From Dendrobates tinctorius (Eukaryota): 64,000 bases of DNA. Within the stretch, counting starts at the first letter, position 1. Each line of letters opens with the position of its first letter. Shown here piece after piece: positions 61,792 through 64,000 of the stretch. The translations under genes were made by a program, and so were the position numbers. The notes beneath the pieces are model-generated. The model was not told the origin of the DNA, did not search any database, and saw only the letters and a program-made list of their open reading frames with translations. Location of the stretch: positions 25,916,001-25,980,000 of the forward strand of contig NW_027361731.1 in NCBI RefSeq assembly GCF_039654945.1, given 5' to 3'.

Positions 61792-61908
61792 ATCTTGCTG
61801 AAACTCGTTTTGTCCAGTTTAATGGCGGGATAAGTGTCTCTCAGCTCGGCTGGATTACTGAGGTTCTCGAAGAGTCGGATAAAAACAATGAAAAAGTGAT
61901 GGTGGCAG
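61792..61908 (+). CDS. adprm: ADPRM second coding exon
   Basis: tttag|AT CTT..GCA G|gtaggt; LAETRFVQFNGGISVSQLGWI; 117 bp. Confidence 0.94.
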
Positions 61909-62045
61909 GTAGGTCACCTTCAGTGGAGACATTACATGTGTGTCTATGCCTCAAGAGGGTGTTGCGTTACATGAACCCATTGACGTCTGGTGGCCTGGTT
62001 GGTCTGATGATGCACATGGTATAACAAACGTCTTCTCCTCTACAG

Positions 62046-62341
62046 GCCACCTCCCAGTCCACCCCAGCTCCACAGACCCGGTATGTCTGACCTGGAACTA
62101 TCTGGACGTCCTAGACCTTCTACAGTCTCACCCCTGTGTGGTGGCCTATTTTGCTGGACACGATCACGATGGCGGATACTTCCAGGACCAGTGCGGAATC
62201 CACCACTTAACCTTTAATGGCATCATTGAGACCCCCCTTGACAGCCAGGCGTTTGGCACCATGTTTATATATGAGGACAAGATGGTCCTGAGGGGCCGCG
62301 GCCTCATCCCTGACAGAACCCTGGTCTACCGAAAGACCTAG
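62046..62341 (+). CDS. adprm: ADPRM last coding exon
   Basis: ctacag|GC CAC; GHLPVHP, AGHDHDGGY, GIHHLT, GIIET; spliced CDS 981 nt = 326 aa + stop. Confidence 0.95.
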
Positions 62342-62816
62342 AGGACCATGGAAACATCTGCTGACAACCCGCCTGGAAGACTGAGGAATGTATGGACACA
62401 CAGTGAACTATAGTAATGGCGACCCAGCGCTCCATCAAGTCATTGCTTTAAAGGGACGCTGTGTTTTTTGTATCCCAGGAAAATTTTTGGACCCGGAACA
62501 AAAATTATTTTTTAGCGGGAATCTGGCAATGAGATCAGCCCTCGTAGGCCGCCTTACATGGACACGTGGCTCGTAGGAAGGTGAGTGAAATGACACCTTG
62601 ATATCTTCAATCTGATGTTTTATTACCGAAAAAGCCACGTTTTTCTTAAGATCTACGGGCAGGACATAGATCTCAACAATAATCGGTTTATATGAGAAAA
62701 CTGTCATTCATTACATGTCTCACACTGCTAAAGCCCCTTTATATAGAACTAGCTGAAGAGCCCGGTGCTGCCCGGGCATATTAACTAACTGTGGTTAGTT
62801 ATAGCAAATTATAATT

Positions 62817-63133
62817 ATCCTCCATCCCATAGTCCCGTGCCCATATACCCGCCATACATATCCTCCATCCCATAGTCCCGTGCCCATATACCCATCATAC
62901 ATATCCTCCATCCCATAGGCCCGTGCCCATATACCCATCATACATATCCTCCATCCCATAGGCCCGTGCCCATATACCCATCATACATATCCTCCATCCC
63001 ATAGTCCAGTGCCCATATACCCATCATACATATCCTCCATCCCATAGTCCCGTGCCCATATACCCATCATACATATCCACCATCCCATAGTCCCGTGCCC
63101 ATATACCCATCACACATCCTCCATCCCATAGTC
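62817..63133. repeat. 43-bp tandem repeat, about 7 copies
   Basis: TCCATCCCATAGTCCCGTGCCCATATACCCATCATACATATCC. Confidence 0.93.
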
Positions 63134-63660
63134 AACCATTATGACATCATAATGAGCGGCGGGGCTTGATGACATCATTGTCGCCATGGCAACCATTGTG
63201 ACTTCATAATGAGGGGCGGGGCTTGACATGCAGACACTTTTTCCCCAGTATGTAGACAGGGGCAAAATTGTTTGGTGACTTGGAACGCGCGGGGTTAAAA
63301 TTTCACCTCACAACATAGCTTAGGACGCTCTCGGGGTCCAGATGTGTGACTGTGCCAAATTTTGTGGCTGTAGCTGCGACGATGCGGATGCCTATCCCGC
63401 CCGAACTAACAGCTCATTTGCATATTAAGAAACGTGGATTTCTGTAGAATAAAATATCAGATCAAAGATATTAAGGTGTCATTTTATTCACCTTTCTATG
63501 ACCTACATGTCCATATAGAAAGCAAAGGAGTCAAGATCCTGCTGACGGATTCCCTCCATAGAAGAAATAGATAGTCATATATGAAAACGACATATGGAGC
63601 ACATGTAACATGGAAGATAATATATCCCCAACATAACACCTAACTGTCATTCTTACCTAC

Positions 63661-64000
63661 AGGGGGCAGTATTATAGTAGTTATATTCTTGTACATAGGG
63701 GGTAGTATTATAGTGGTTATATTCTTGTACATAGGAGCAGTATTATAGTAGTTATATTCTTACACATAGGAGCAGTATTATAGTAGTTATATTCTTGTAA
63801 ATAGGAGTAGTATTATAGTAGTTATATTCCTGTACATAGGGGCAGTATTATAGTAGTTATATTCTTGTACATAGGAGCAGTATTATAGTAGTTATATTCT
63901 TGTACATAGGGGGCAGTATTATAGTAGTTATATTCTTGTACATAGGAGTAGTATTATAGTAGTTATATTCTTGTACATAGGAGTAGTATTATAGTAGTTA
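63661..64000 (-). repeat. 35-bp minisatellite (same family as 1-11329), runs off the window end
   Basis: Directly visible. Confidence 0.96.

Overview
Eukaryotic, repeat-rich DNA from an anuran amphibian, probably a hyloid frog (inferred from repeat families and gene content, not proven). Left to right: (1) A 35-bp minisatellite array split by an apparently full-length 6.3-kb Tx1-clade (L1 superfamily) non-LTR retrotransposon, with intact ORF2 and a twice-frameshifted ORF1. (2) A tandem cluster of intronless RING/B-box/coiled-coil/PRY-SPRY TRIM genes on the minus strand in different states of decay: intact, intact with a 4x30-aa internal repeat, one nonsense codon, and shattered, plus an inverted 5' fragment. 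Interspersed are a ~960-bp spacerless palindrome with two hammerhead-ribozyme-like motifs at its apex (Penelope-like insertion with a 13-bp TSD), L2 and CR1 fragments, a piggyBac-like non-autonomous element, a decayed PIF/Harbinger transposon, several MITEs and many minisatellites. (3) A complete six-exon TMEM220 (minus strand, largely missed by the ORF track) head-to-head with ADPRM (plus strand) across a short GC-rich promoter, each first intron filled by a ~5-kb minisatellite. There are no CRISPR arrays or prokaryotic features, and I recognised no rRNA or tRNA genes.
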